From Macrostomum lignano (taxonomy: Eukaryota), in the NCBI GenBank assembly GCA_002269645.1, contig NIVC01001980.1, positions 77,879 through 141,878 of the forward strand: a stretch of DNA of 64,000 bases. The letters are read 5' to 3'. The position numbers and the translations under genes are program-made. A model generated the notes under the pieces. That model was not told the DNA's origin. It saw only the letters and a list, made by a program, of their open reading frames with translations, and made no database searches. Positions within the stretch are counted from its first letter, which is position 1, and the number at the start of each line of letters is the position of its first letter. Below, one piece after another: positions 23,821-36,900 of the stretch.

Positions 23821-24478
23821 TGTTGTAGTCCCAAAATGACTTAAAGCCAATTCTTACAAAGCGGATTGTGTAGCGGAGCACTTGGCGTATAAGGGCAGGA
23901 AACTAATTTAATGTTAAGCTAATTTATTGTCGAGATCAATATTAGACTGGTCAATATCAATACAAAACTTATAGTGTTCTGGGCACTGGCGGCTGCAACA
24001 ATGGTTTTGAAGTGATTGGAATATGAAGTCGAGTAGCAGGCGAAGGATACAATGGCGACGCAACGTAGTGAGTGATGTCGATGAGCACAGTGGAGGCAGT
24101 GAGTAGTAAGTAGACAGGCAGATAAGTAGCGGTGAGAGTGGCGTTAGCCGTGGCAGTACACAGTGGAGTACAGAGTGTAAACAGGCTGGCCCAGACAGAG
24201 GAGCCGTGGCGAGAGATAAGGAGGCTCGAGGCAGCCAGGAGAGAGAGAAGGAAAACGAGAGCCAGACGCCCGAAGCCAGAAGTGAGGAGGCCCCCAGCCC
24301 GCCGCCAGGCGGGGGTTAATAAAGAGCGCAGAAGGGTTAGCATAAAACGCGGAGAGTTTTCATTGGCTGGCGAGAGAGCTTGAAATTATCGATCGTGCTA
24401 AAATTTACAGACGAACGCAAGGCCTACCAAATACACAGTGAATTAGCCATTGATACAGATTATTTGCACGCTACTACA
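23821..24478 (-). mobile_element. Candidate solo LTR (about 660 bp)
   Basis: Minus strand begins TGTAGTAG and ends GGGACTACAACA, with AATAAA about 110 nt before the end. No clean target-site duplication. Confidence 0.45.
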
Positions 24479-25298
24479 AGTAAACGTTAAAATAAACTAT
24501 TGGAGAAATTTAAATGAGAAATTGCAAGGGAAACTAAAGTCCAACGGCCTTTTTTGCGGGACCACCTTAAACTAGCAACGTCACACTTCTAATGTCTGTG
24601 ATAAACTCGTTAGATTTAACTTATAAGCAGCTATGCTTAACTATTGATATCTGAAATTTAAATATCTTCTTTGTCTTATGCATCACTTTTTCAAAAACAA
24701 TCAAGAAAACTTTCTATGTCATGATATAACAAATTATTCAGAACAAATCTAAAATAACATAGATATAATTGTAGTAATAATAAATATTTTTACAGAAATA
24801 TCATAAGATATTTTCAATATTTGGATGACAAATATAACAATAACAATAGTCAATATCCAAATTTTGAACCTAACACCTAACACTAAAAATAAATAGAAAC
24901 TTGTTATGAACACAGACTTTATGGCAAATTTTTATAAAGAATTCCTATTGAATAAATCTCCAGTTTCGAACAAAATGAGGACAAAAGAATCAAATTTGTA
25001 CTACCTTTTCAATAATGCTAGGATCTATTATCAGGGTGTCCACGCGAAATTCAATATCAATTTCCAGGTTTTTTCCAAGTTCAAATAAGTAAAGCTCCAG
25101 GTATGTATGCAGCAATGTTTCTTGATTTAGTGTTTCCTACTACGAACTATATACTATATATTTCATAGATTATTTAGATTATTTATTTCTTGTATTATAC
25201 TAACTGAAGAACAAAATTAAAAGTATAAAATAAAAGACTTTTGCTATAAATAGAAAGCTTAATATCAACATTTGAATATGATTACAATTTCTAACAAC

Positions 25299-25337
25299 TT
25301 CAACGCGTTTCGCACGCCATGGTGCATCGTCAGGATT
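25299..25337 (-). ncRNA. Degenerate minimal type-I hammerhead-ribozyme-like motif (Penelope-type)
   Basis: Minus strand ATC-CTGACGA-T-GCAC(CATGGC)GTGC-GAAAC-GC-GTT-GA: core boxes, 4-bp stem II and palindromic stem III present; stem I weak. Confidence 0.55.
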
Positions 25338-25689
25338 TTATTAGAATGATTAGAATGATTTTATTAGCACGCTGTGTACACTTAGCTTGACATTCAATTA
25401 CCTAAGCTAGCTACCGCCCCTGATTCTGCCTTTTGACCACTGGACAAGAATTGTGTACATTTGGTTTAACTTTCATTCTCAATCTATAATTCTCTCTCCT
25501 ACCTACTATACCTATGTATGTTGTTAATGTTAAAGCCAAGTTGTAATCAATTGTTTTCAATCTTACCCTCCTTACCTGTGTACGTTGCAAAAACCAATTC
25601 CAGGTTTCCCTTCCCACATTGGTCTATTTCCATGTTTTTTCTTCTATTTTGGGGGCGTTTCCAGGTTTTTTGCATTTACAGTTTTTTCC

Positions 25690-26655
25690 CATAGAACTTA
25701 CACAGAATGCTCAATCAGCGATTTAATGAAATTAAACTGCGTAGAAATAGATATGCATACAAACTACTAATCTGGTGAAGAAACATAAGTAGCCATAGAC
25801 TATTACTCAAGTGTGTAGCACAAGATATATTCATTTAATAGAATTACTTGCAGCAGCATTGTCTTTTCACAAAGAATTTGGATGTTTGGTTTTGCTGCAG
25901 TGAAGTATGTCTTCTGCAAAATTGCGAAAACAATGTGCTGCCTATGGCTGTCCAAATTATTCCTATTGTTGTCCACCAGAAACCAGGCTTCACAGCTTTC
26001 CTTCAAACCGTGCCCGGTAAGCTTAGTCGAATCGTGACTAATATTATTTGCATGAAAACTTGTGTACGATTTATGTTGAATTTTACGCTTTAGGTGTGAA
26101 GACTGGGCTTGTTGCATCTTCCGTGCTGACCTTCTGGGGAAGAAGTATGAGCACAAATGGGCGACTGCAGTGGTGTGCAGTCAGCACTTTGCTGATCACA
26201 TGTATATGTGCCCGAAAGACCGTCATGAGCCGCACAGTTGACTTGTCTGGAATGCGCATCCAACACTGAAGCTGTATAAAGACATGGCTCAGGAGCAGAA
26301 GACCCGCTCGCCTCCAAAGCCAAGAGCCTGTGTCTCAGAAGAGTTACATCTATCCTAGACTCAAACTCAAAAGAAAACAAAATTTTGCGGAATGACTGCC
26401 AGTATATCACTGCATCACTTCAAAACTTTTTGTGCTCCAGTTTAACTGGTTTCTACATTTCACATTTTACGTTTCGATTGCTGCATGGTTTCTGGTTACT
26501 GACTTAATAAATCAGGCGGTCTTGTGCTACATACTTGAGTAATAATCTATGGTTACTTATGTTTCTTCACCGGATTAATAGTTTGTACGCATATCTATTT
26601 CTACGCAGTTTAATTTCATTAAATCGCTGATTGAGCATTCTGTGTAAGTTCTGTG
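25690..26655 (+). mobile_element. Non-autonomous P-superfamily-like element with about 130-bp TIRs and a spliced THAP-domain pseudogene (25907-26016, 26094-26358)
   Basis: CATAGAACTTACACAGAATG ... CATTCTGTGTAAGTTCTGTG, flanked by duplicated GTTTTTTCC. Translation CAAYGCPNY..LHSFP..R|CEDW..VVCSQHF..S*LVWNAHPTL has one in-frame TGA at 26239. Confidence 0.82.
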
Positions 26656-27717
26656 GTTTTTTCCAGGTTCTGGACACCCTGATTAATATAATATAATATT
26701 AATAGAATTAATATAATATACTTGGCCTTAAGTAGCATCATTAAAAAAATCATTTTGCACTTGGAAAGAAAAGAAAAAACTTATATTATTGTTTATTAAC
26801 ATTAATGTTTCTCCTTTGTAGTTCTTCAAACTTATTTCTACAGTGATCTAATTTTTGCAGACTCTTTTAGCCTTTTCACAAAGTCTACTCCAGAATCGGA
26901 GTAAATTCTAATTCCAGAACCAGATTCGCTAGGAAAATGAAAAGCATTGAGTAAATTTTATTTTATGTGAAAAATTACTTAACATTTTTAATAGTTTATT
27001 TTTCTAAGTTATTTATTTTTTACCTTTGAAGTTATATTTGAATTTAAATTGACTTTAAATAATTTTCATTGTTTCTATAGAAATATGTAAGGAATAAGGT
27101 TCCGGAACTGATTCTGAAAACAGAATCGGCAAAATGAAAAGTATCGAACCAGTTCTAAAAACAGAATCGGAAATATGAAAAGCCTCTTTATTCCCAACCT
27201 TTTATCCAATACAGTTTTGTGGAAAAAATACATTCAATTAAAAAATATAATACAATATTAGAAAGCAGTAAAAACTGCCACATTCACTTTTATACCCTCC
27301 TGTAGCCCATCTTTGATTTGTTTGTTTTTACAGTGCAAAACTTTTATATCAAAATAAATGCAGTAACAATATACACTCCATACAATAGATAAATTCATTT
27401 TAATTACAGCAAAGCCGTCATGATGCACGATAACTCGAAATTAACCGAATGTGATGAATAAAGGTGAGAAGATGTATGGTTTGTGTAGCGGTTAAATTTA
27501 ATAATCTAGAGCCAACAGCAGACTTCCCTTAGCATAAATTTCAGATTTCAGATTTGGTATGAATTGATGGTTAGGTTTGGATTGGTATTGGTAGCTGCTT
27601 ATATTTAGTGTGACAAAAGCAATTGAATACAATGGCTAAGGGGCCTGCAAGAAGCGGAGCGAAAACCCCGGAGCAAAGGGAGAGAGCAGTGGCTGACTGC
27701 AAGCGCAGCCCATTGCA

Positions 27718-28180
27718 CCCGACTAGTCAGATAGTCCACTATAGAATAATTACCTGACTAGTCACGTGGATCCACACAGCTGTGGAGTGGATTGAGCTGG
27801 ACTAGTCAAGCAGCCCCATGGACCTGACTAAAAAATGCATTCATGCTGAGCCATGGAGTGGATTGACCTTGACTAGTCAAGCGGCCCCGTGGACTGGACT
27901 AAAAAGTTATTTACACTAGTTTGAAGAGCACTGTAAATTCACCAAAATTGAAGCATCGATATCTTAGCAACTACTCAATATTTTGTAAAGTACAGCTGGT
28001 GCAGAATTTCTTTATCTATTATTGAGTAAAATTTCATGTGCTAAGTCCATCATTTTGGGGTACAGAATGGCTCGTAAAGAAGTGCAAATTACAACTTGAC
28101 ACTGCTGATCTCCTATGCATCTTACCGTATATCGTAATTTGAACTTGCACTGCTGGAAATGAGAAACAATAACAAAGGGA
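27718..28180 (+). repeat. Dispersed repeat, copy 1; a related inverted copy lies at 43845-44215
   Basis: Shared GACTAGTC/GGAGTGGATTGA subrepeats and GCATCTTACCGTATATCGTAAT. Confidence 0.8.
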
Positions 28181-29225
28181 ATTTTGCAAAACTAATTATT
28201 TGCAAAAATGCACTTTTATTATTAGTACTATTATAGTTATGCGAGGTTTTAGTTTATTACAAAGCATTTTATTCTTAAAAACAATTTCAATGCATATTTT
28301 GGAAAACTCATCAGTGAGCCCACGGTGGTTATACAAAGCTTATAATGGTTATAATCAGATATATAATCAGACAGAGATAGTCAGGTTATATCAGAGATTG
28401 TTGAAGCTTATATGGTTATACAAAGCTGTCGAGTTTTGAGCTCCATAAAAATTTAGACTTAAAGAAAGCCAAGAATGGTTTACATAGCGGCCCAATAATT
28501 TCTGCAACAGAATGGTTCACCACGTGAGTTAGTTGATCTATGACTATGTTTGGTTTGAAATGGTTTGTAACTTTGTTAGTAGGTAGTTTAAAACTAAATA
28601 AAAATGGATTCCAGTCTTCAATATATGAATTTTTAAATAGGTGCTTCAAAGGCTTATATATATAGATTTGATTCCAAAAGTTTATCTAAAATTTTATATG
28701 AAAAGTCTGTTGTTTATCTTCAATTTGTTTTACTTCTTATTTTAAAAAGTTTGAAACAAAGTGTTTATTTCTAGTTGTTATTGGTTTGATAGCTAGATCA
28801 ATAGCAAAATAATAATGGTTTAGTTATAGCTATAGGATTGAGTAATTAAAAGGTTGGATGATGGTAAATAGCTCAGGCAAATAGAACAGAGCCCATTGTT
28901 GGAATAGGGCCAATTATTAATCTCTCTAATAAAAATTGATTTTATGTATTACAAATTAACATAGCAATTTTTAAAAACAAAGAATATATTTGTAACAAGT
29001 CTTTTGGCTCTCTATGAAAGTCCCACATTCTGATACTAAAATTGTACCAGGGTGCTTTCCTTTGTCAAAAAGATTAAAGAAAACTTCAATAAATATTAAC
29101 TCTGAAAATTATTAGTTTTACTAATGAGTATATGGAAATAGCAAGGAAGTTTTGTGTATGTACCCTCAATAAAATGTAGTAATTAGGATTTTTCTTTTCA
29201 TTATCAAATTTCCCTTTTAGACTAG

Positions 29226-30140
29226 ACACCAGATCTGCTAGTTCAGTACAAGGCCTTGACATCTGAGCAAAAGAACTTGCTGAGGGTTGCAGCTGCATCT
29301 TGCCCTAAGCTGCTGAATACAATCATAAAAGAACTGAACACTACAGCACTGCCTTATTGCTTGGTCATTGCTGCAAATGGAAGTTCTAGCAGGAAATACT
29401 TTATCCCACTTGGTATTTCATCTTCCATTCAAACTGAGCTCTTGGCTGCAATTGATGCACTAGCGCAAGTGATTGACAAGGGAGCTAAACAGTATTAGGC
29501 AGAACTTGCTGTTTCAAGTGCTGTCAGTGCCGCAGTTGCTACAAGTGCTGCAGGTCCTTCCAGTATTGTGTATGCTACCAGTGCTCAATGTGCTTCATTG
29601 GGTAAAGATGTAAAATCATTGAGGCTCTTTCTGCAGGAAAAAGCTTTTGAAAATGCTGGTCATCAAGGTAAAATTCCTTGGAAGAGACTAGAGTGTGACA
29701 CAAATAATAAAACACAGCTAGCCATTGGAATGTTCATTCCTAACATTCAGTGTCCTCATCATTTAAGTAAATTCGAGTGTGTCACTACCTTGAATACTTT
29801 AAAAGATGCTGGGGAATTAAAGTTTGTTAATTATTACCAGAATTCAAGGCCTTCATCGTCTGTTATAGCAAACGAGCTATTAGCAGACACCTCTTATCGG
29901 CCCAACACATCTGATGTGTCTGAGGATGACAAATCATTACTGCTCCCTATTAGTCAGCATTGAGTGACGTTTGGTTTGCCAAGTACGGGTAACGAACTTC
30001 CTCAAGTGATGCAGGCAACTGGTTTAATCCAAAGTCAGCCAATATTGCTACTTGGAGAACTGCAGGAGAATGAAAACGCCATGTTTATGAATGAGAGCAT
30101 GCTAAAAGGCTACAAAGTGAATAAAGTTGACTTTTTAAAT
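29226..30140 (+). pseudogene. About 300-codon reading frame broken by two stops; unidentified, possibly transposon-derived
   Basis: ORFs 29256-29498 and 29568-29963 share one frame, which continues to about 30140; globular-looking composition. Confidence 0.4.
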
Positions 30141-30634
30141 TGACTTTTTAAGAAGAAAGAAAAGAAGGGATTGAGGAGAAGAGAAAAGAGATAGAAGGGA
30201 CAAGAGAAGGGAAGGGGGAGAAGAGATGAGAAGGGACAAGAGAGGGGGAAAGGAGAAAGTATACTGCTATTAATTAAATAGCAGTTTAGTAGTTTCTTAT
30301 TTTAGCTATTTTATCTTGTTTTTGTGTCAATATTCCACTGTGCTTCTGACTGACTTAGACTGTTAGTAATCATGATTATGTAGCTTTTTGTCAAACATTT
30401 CCTTGTTAATTCTGTCAGAGTTATCTTTGAAGCAGGTTAAACACTTTTGAAATCACTCTAGAATCCCTGAGATCTGTCCTAGAATTGCCCTTACACCCTT
30501 AGCAGACTGCCCAACTTATAGCTTTATTTTAAGTCTTATTTAAAATTTAAAATATTGAAGCATGACCTTTAATTTATGATTACACAGTTGCATGCAACTA
30601 TATAAGGCCTAAAATAAAGCTATTAATAGTTCCC

Positions 30635-30872
30635 AGAGTCACCCTTAACCATTCCCCAGAGTCCCCCTTAACCATTCCCTAGATTCACCCTTAACCATTC
30701 CCCAGAGTCATCCTAAACCTTCTCCAGAGTCACCCTTAACCATTCCCCAGAGTCACCCTTAACCATTCCCAGAGTCACCTTTAACCATTCCCCAGAGTCA
30801 CCCTTAACCATTCCCCAGAGTCACCCTTAACCATTCCCCAGAGTCACCTTTAACCATTCCCAGAGTCACCCC
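30635..30872. repeat. 23-bp minisatellite (CAGAGTCACCCTTAACCATTCCC)n
   Basis: Direct reading. Confidence 0.92.
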
Positions 30873-31296
30873 TGGGATGTGGGCTTTTTGCGTCGACTGA
30901 TATTTCTGAGAATCCAATATCATGACATTTTGGGTCTTGACAAAGAATACCACAAGGCAAAGGATTGTGACACCATCAGCCGTGGTTGGAACAGATAAGC
31001 GACTATGAAGGGGAGCTCATCTGTGCTGCTGAAGGTAGATAAATCTCAACCAAATAGCATAATTGATAGCATAGGAATTATCAAAGGTATAGATCTTAAG
31101 ATGGTAAATTTGATTGCAAAATCTTTCTGAAAAATATAACGTAACCATGAGTTTTTTCTTCATTTTTTGTATAGATTATTGTGGTTGTGTTTGTTGTGTT
31201 GTGACTTCGGGCTGCTTAGCACCTGATACTATGATTTTTCAAGTCAATCAGAATTTCTAAACTGTATTTTAGCTCTGCTTACGCCTAGACTCATTC

Positions 31297-32549
31297 TGTT
31301 ACCCTTGCCACCGTGTTGGTGGTAAGGGCGTTTAAACTGCGGGGGGAGGGGCTCACTTGGCTAGGGCGGGTGCGTGCGGGGTGGCGTGTGCTGCGGGGGG
31401 CGGGGGTTGTGGGGGTGCTAGCTTGATTTCATATTTAGTCCGGTCCTCCGCTTGTTTGCTGTGCGTTCGTGTTTGCTCAGATTTTTTTGGCTGGTGGGCC
31501 ATGCTGCGGGCGGCCAATCTCTGCTCTGTCAGCCGGGCAAACGTCGGCATGGCGGTGCTGATCAGCAATCTTTGCCTGGGCATCAAGGAGGCTCGGATTT
31601 CTGTTCGCCTGTCCAAGACGAATCAATTCGGAGAGCACCACCATGTCGTTCTTCTGCCCTGCATCTGCAAGAGTGCAACTGCTCCGCTGTGTCCGCTTTG
31701 TGCGCTCCATCATCATTTCAGCCGGAATTCACTAGACATTGCACCTCCTTCGCAGCCTCTGTTCTCGACCCTGCAGTCAGCAGGAAGCTGGATGAGCTTA
31801 ACTGCAGCGCATGTCCGGCGCGAGTTGTCCCAGCTTTTTCACCAGGCTGGCCTTCCGAGAAACCACTTTTCAATGCACAGCCTGTGCCAAGGCGGCGCCA
31901 CCTTTGCCAGGCATTCAGGCATTGCGATCGAGGATATCAAAGCCATTGGCGACTGGAAGAGTGATGCAGTGCATCTCTATGCAGGCCAGCAGCCGCAGGT
32001 GGCCAGCCGTGCTGTTCGTCGCATTGGGGCTGCAGTGCAGGCTATGTTCTAACTGTTTAGCTGTCTAACTGTGTCTGTGCTGGCATTAGCTTCTCCGCTC
32101 TTTTAGTTTCCCGGTGTCTTTTCTTTTACTCCTGTCTCCGTTTCTATCCGTTCTCCAGTTTGGGTTTGGAGGTTCCGTTTTGCACCTCCCTTGTCTTGCC
32201 TCGTTCCTTTCCCCACGGTTTAATGTTACCCTTGCCATTGTGTTGGTGGTAAGGGCGTTTAAACTGCGGGGGAGGGGCTCACTTGGCTGGGGCGGGTGTG
32301 TGCGGGGTGGCATGTGCTGCGGGGGGCGGGGGGTCGCGGGGGTGCTAGCTTGATTTCATATTTAGTCCGGTCCTCTGCTTGTTCGCCGTGCGTTCGTGTT
32401 TGCTCAGATTTTTTTTAGCTTTTTTTTCTCATTTGGCTATGAAATCTTTTGCAAGAAATAAATAATTCATTGGCTGCCTTTTTTTTGACCAGCAGAGGTT
32501 CCATTTCGCGCCATCCCTTGTCTTGCCTCGTTCCTTTCCCGCAGTTTAA
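31297..32549 (+). mobile_element. Internally deleted Ngaro-type element with split direct repeats (A1, YR 3' half, B1, A2, B2)
   Basis: A1 31297-31488 and A2 32224-32415 (about 192 bp); B1 32169-32223 and B2 32495-32549. YR remnant FFGWWAMLRAANL..SKTNQFG..HSLCQGGAT..IGDWKSDAVHLY ends at 32052. Confidence 0.88.
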
Positions 32550-32734
32550 GTCACATTTGCAAAGTTTTTCTTGTGTTAAAAGTTGCCTTTTTAATTCACG
32601 GGTCCATGTACCAACTTTAAACAATTGTCTACACAAAAATATATGCTCACTTTTATTTCAGTGAATCATTATGTTACAAGGTAAAATAATCTTGTTACCA
32701 ACTTTCTTCATCCTTGTAGTCACCCTACCCAATT

Positions 32735-32935
32735 CCCCAGTCACCCTAACTGACTCCCTTGTCACTTTAACTGACTCCCCTGTCACCCTGACTCTCCTAT
32801 CACTGACTTCCCTGTCACTCTGACTCTCCTATCACTGACTCCCCTGTCACCCTGACTCCCCTGTCACCCTGACTCTCCTGTCACTGACTCTCCTGTCACC
32901 CTGACTGACTTCCCTGTCACCCTGACTGACTCTCC
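32735..32935. repeat. Degenerate (CTGTCACCCTGACTCCC)-type minisatellite
   Basis: Direct reading. Confidence 0.85.
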
Positions 32936-33971
32936 TGAACACTTTTGAAATCACTCTAGAATCCTTGAGATCTGTCCTAGAATCGCCCTCACACCCTCAG
33001 CAAACTGCCCTGAAGCTCTAGACCTGAAACCCACAGGCTTGAACTTGAGTTGCAAGCAGCTGTCAGCATTTCTCCAATTTTATTGTTCAATTTTTACCAG
33101 GCAACGATTTGCCACCCTGCTATTGGCAGTTGACGCAATTCTTGTTTTTTATATTACCACTTTTTAGACCACAAAATCAGCTTTTAAATGTCTTGTCTCA
33201 CTTGCAGTTTTGTTACAGCAATTTATGCTTACTTATTTATATTCTTTATTACTTAATTTTTGCTAATTTTGTTTGCAATATGCTCTATTTGCTACTGTGA
33301 ATAAGTAGGAGGCAATTATTATTGCTTTAATTTTTCTAGCTCCCAAGTTCAAATTGTTTGGTGCCAACACGCGCTGCTGAATTCCAAGTGTCTTTTTAAT
33401 AGATATTATATTAATATTAGCCTACTCTACTGCTCAGCAGCTGCACTAAGTAGTATGCTATTCTGCAGTTAAAAAAGCCAAACTAAATATTTTCTAAATC
33501 CAGGTTTAAAATTTTGTTCCAAAGCAACCAGCTCATCAAAATAAGGAGTTGCACCAAGCTGAATTGCTCAGCTGATTCATCAAACTTTAGTGAGAAAAAA
33601 ATCAAATTGTCTTGTTATTCTTTTCATTTCTTACTTTGGCCACTTCACCTATTAATTATTGATTGATTCTGAGACTGCGGCTGGTTGCAGGCAATCCATG
33701 AGTTGCTAGGGAATTGCTGCGTCTCTCATGTTGAAGATGGCCAGGCGGAAAAGAATAGAAAAGAATATCCATTTTCTATGTATATTCTTTCCATTGAATC
33801 TGCCAGGCACCTTAGTATAGCCCAGGCAGCTGAAAATGCACTTTAAAAGGTCACTCTTTAGTAGTCAATACTTTAAATAACTATCTAAAGAATATTGAAA
33901 GTTTGAATTTCAAGGCACAAACTGTGGGAAAACTGCAGTATGCTCAATAGAAAGAGTGATTTTCACTAGTT

Positions 33972-36900
33972 GTGGGACGATGGAGCCAGTAAGTAGTATA
34001 GAAAAAAAGGCGAGCGAAGCGAGAATTTTTTTCTATACTGCTTACTTTTGCGAAATCGTCCCTGATAAGATGTGGGCCATATGTCATACACTAAAATGAC
34101 ATTTTTCAACTTTTAAACGCTGCCAATAAAAAACGGTACGACCAATTTACAAACGGTTTTTGCCAAAATGCGTCAAAGACTTGGGGCTACCAGAGCCGCA
34201 GTGTTTGGTTGCCATAGCGACGCGTTTTGGTTGCCATGGCAACCAAAAACTGCGTTTTTTCAACTTTTTCAAAAACTTTGATCTTAATTACAGCGGCAGG
34301 AAATTATGGCAGCGCTTAGCGAGTGGGCTCAGTAAGCGCGGGCATTCAAACGCTACAATGATCCGAAATGGATTTTTTGATTGTACTTTAACGTCTAGGC
34401 TAAAAGTACAAAAAACGTGTTTTTTGAGGTCGAAAATTTGGCATTTTTTTCAACTTTGCCTTACCGCAGCGAAAAGGATGCGCGATAGCGCGGCCTTTGA
34501 GCTGCCTCATAGCGTCAATAACACCTGGGGCTGTTTGATGCGCTATAGTTTTTAGGGCTAAAATGTACTTTTCACATGGCTGCCTATCTGCTGTTTAAAA
34601 GTACAAATTTTTAGTGCACTTTTGTGAGGCCTATGGCGTCGAGATGGAAAACTTTATTTTTGCTGTTTTGCATACCAAATAACTCAAATAGATGTCTTTT
34701 AATCGGAAACATCGAGATTTGGCCGATTGGGCCATCAATAACCTGCCCAGGTGCCAAAGAGTGCCTAAAAACGACATTTTTGAAAAATTGGGTCACGTTT
34801 TTTAAAAGTAGTCCCAAAAAATAAGAAAGTGTTTTATGCTACAGTGTTGAGACTTTAACACAATGTGTCAAACATATGAAAATTTGTTTTCCTGAATTTT
34901 CTAAGCATTTGGACCTACCTGTGCGGAGCAGTGACCCGGAAACCGGGGAAAAAAGAGGCCGGGGGCTCTGCAGAAAATCAGACGTTGTTAAGAAAAATTT
35001 TTTAAAATGGGGCGAATTTTTTCGAGTGTAGTGTCAAATTGTAGCCCATCGGATGCCCTTTTGAATGACATAAGACACTCCTGAAAAAACCCCTGTTAAC
35101 AGGTACTTTTTACCTGTTAAGTGAAAAACGGCCCATTTGGGGGTACAAACTTTGGAGTGGAAAAATAAGAAATTTTGCGCACCGATTTTTCTGCATTTTC
35201 AATATTGTTTAGTCGAATAGCTAAAGTTTCACCGGTCATACGCCAATATGGCTGGAAAATTCGTATTTTTGAGAAAATTGGCTCCAAATTTTGAGTAGGC
35301 CATTTTCGGGCAAATTTTGAGCATACTTTTGCTAATAACTCTGCATTGGCGAGACCTAGAGACTCAAGTTTGGTGTCTAAAAACAGCACTATGGATGCAT
35401 TATGCAGCTAAATCAGTTTTGAAAACTGATTCTTAGGTTAACAGGTCTTAATACCTGTTTGATTACCTGTCAGAACAGGTGAAAATTAATATTTTGGTGC
35501 CTAGCAGCCGAAAAATTTGTTGACATAATTTGAAAATGCATTGGATGAATGCGCCTTGATGTTATCTCTGTAACGACATGCGACTCGTATTTTTAGGTAG
35601 AAGTGTTGCGATGCAACGAGCAGAAATGTATGAAAAAGCAGCAAAAATGGTAGAAATGGCTGTTATTAGCGATATTCGATATAAAATACGTGTACTATAG
35701 GCCAACTTAGTAAGCAATTTGTGGCTCAGTGGCAGAGTTAGTTTCCATATAATTGAGTCCTGCAGGGTTCGATTCCCAAGAGATCCAAAAAATTTTTAGT
35801 TTAAAGTTCTTTTAGAGCAAACAGATTTTTAGTATTTTTATTTCTCTAACTATTATGTTTTTTATACAATTAAATTACATTTATTTAAATTTATTTTTCT
35901 TTTTATACGTATTTAAAGAGTAACAGAGAATCTTTTAGTGCGGCACATATGATTGTTAGTGCAAAAGTATATTACGATACATGTCGGCAAGCAAGTATTT
36001 GATGTCTGGTCGTTTGAAGGCTAGAATATAGTTGTAACATATTACAAAGACGTGTTTAGATGTGGGAAAAGTTCTCGAGGGGTGGTGGAGCGGTGGGGGA
36101 GCCAGCCCCCCTTTACCACTAGACTAACTAATGCCAGGGGCGTGGGGGCGGCCAGCCCCCACTATACCACTTAGACTAACTAATGCCAGGGGCGTGGGGG
36201 CGGCCAGCCCCCCACTATACCACTAGACTAACTAATGCCAGGGGCGTGGGGGGCGCCAGCCCCCCACTATACCACTAGACTAACTAATGCCAGGGGCGTG
36301 GGGGGCGGCTAGCCCCCACTATACCACTAAACCACTAGACTAACTAATGCCAGGGGCGTGGGGGCGGCCAGCCCCCCACTATACCACAAGACTAACTAAT
36401 GCCAGGGGCGTGGGGGCGGCCAGCCCCCACTATACCACTAGACTAACTAATGCCAGGGGCGTGGGGGGCGGCCAGCCCCCACTATACCACTATACCACTA
36501 GACTAACTAATGCCAGGGGCGTGGGGGCGGCTAGCCCCCCACTATACCACTAGACTAACTAATGCCAGGGGCGTGGGGGGCGGCCAGCCCCCCACTATAC
36601 TACTAGACTAACTAATGCCAGGGGCGTGGGGTGCGGCGAGCCCCCCACTATACCACTAGACTAATAAATGCCAGAGGCGTGGGGGCGGCCAGCCCCCACT
36701 ATACCACTAGACTAACTAATGCCAGGGGCGTGGGGGCGGCGAGCCCCCTACTATACCACTAGACTAATAAATGCCAGGGGCGTGGGGGGCGGCCAGCCCC
36801 CCACTATACCACTAGACTAATAAATGCCAGGGGCGTGGGGGCGGCCAGCCCCCACTATACCACTAGACTAACTAATGCCAGGGGCGTGGGGGCGGCCAGC

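Larger units (their letters stand above)
25032..26681. mobile_element. Non-autonomous DNA transposon with short TIRs that hosts a nested P-like element
   Basis: CAGGGTGTCCA ... TGGACACCCTG termini and internal TTCCAGGTTTTTTCC motifs. Confidence 0.55.
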
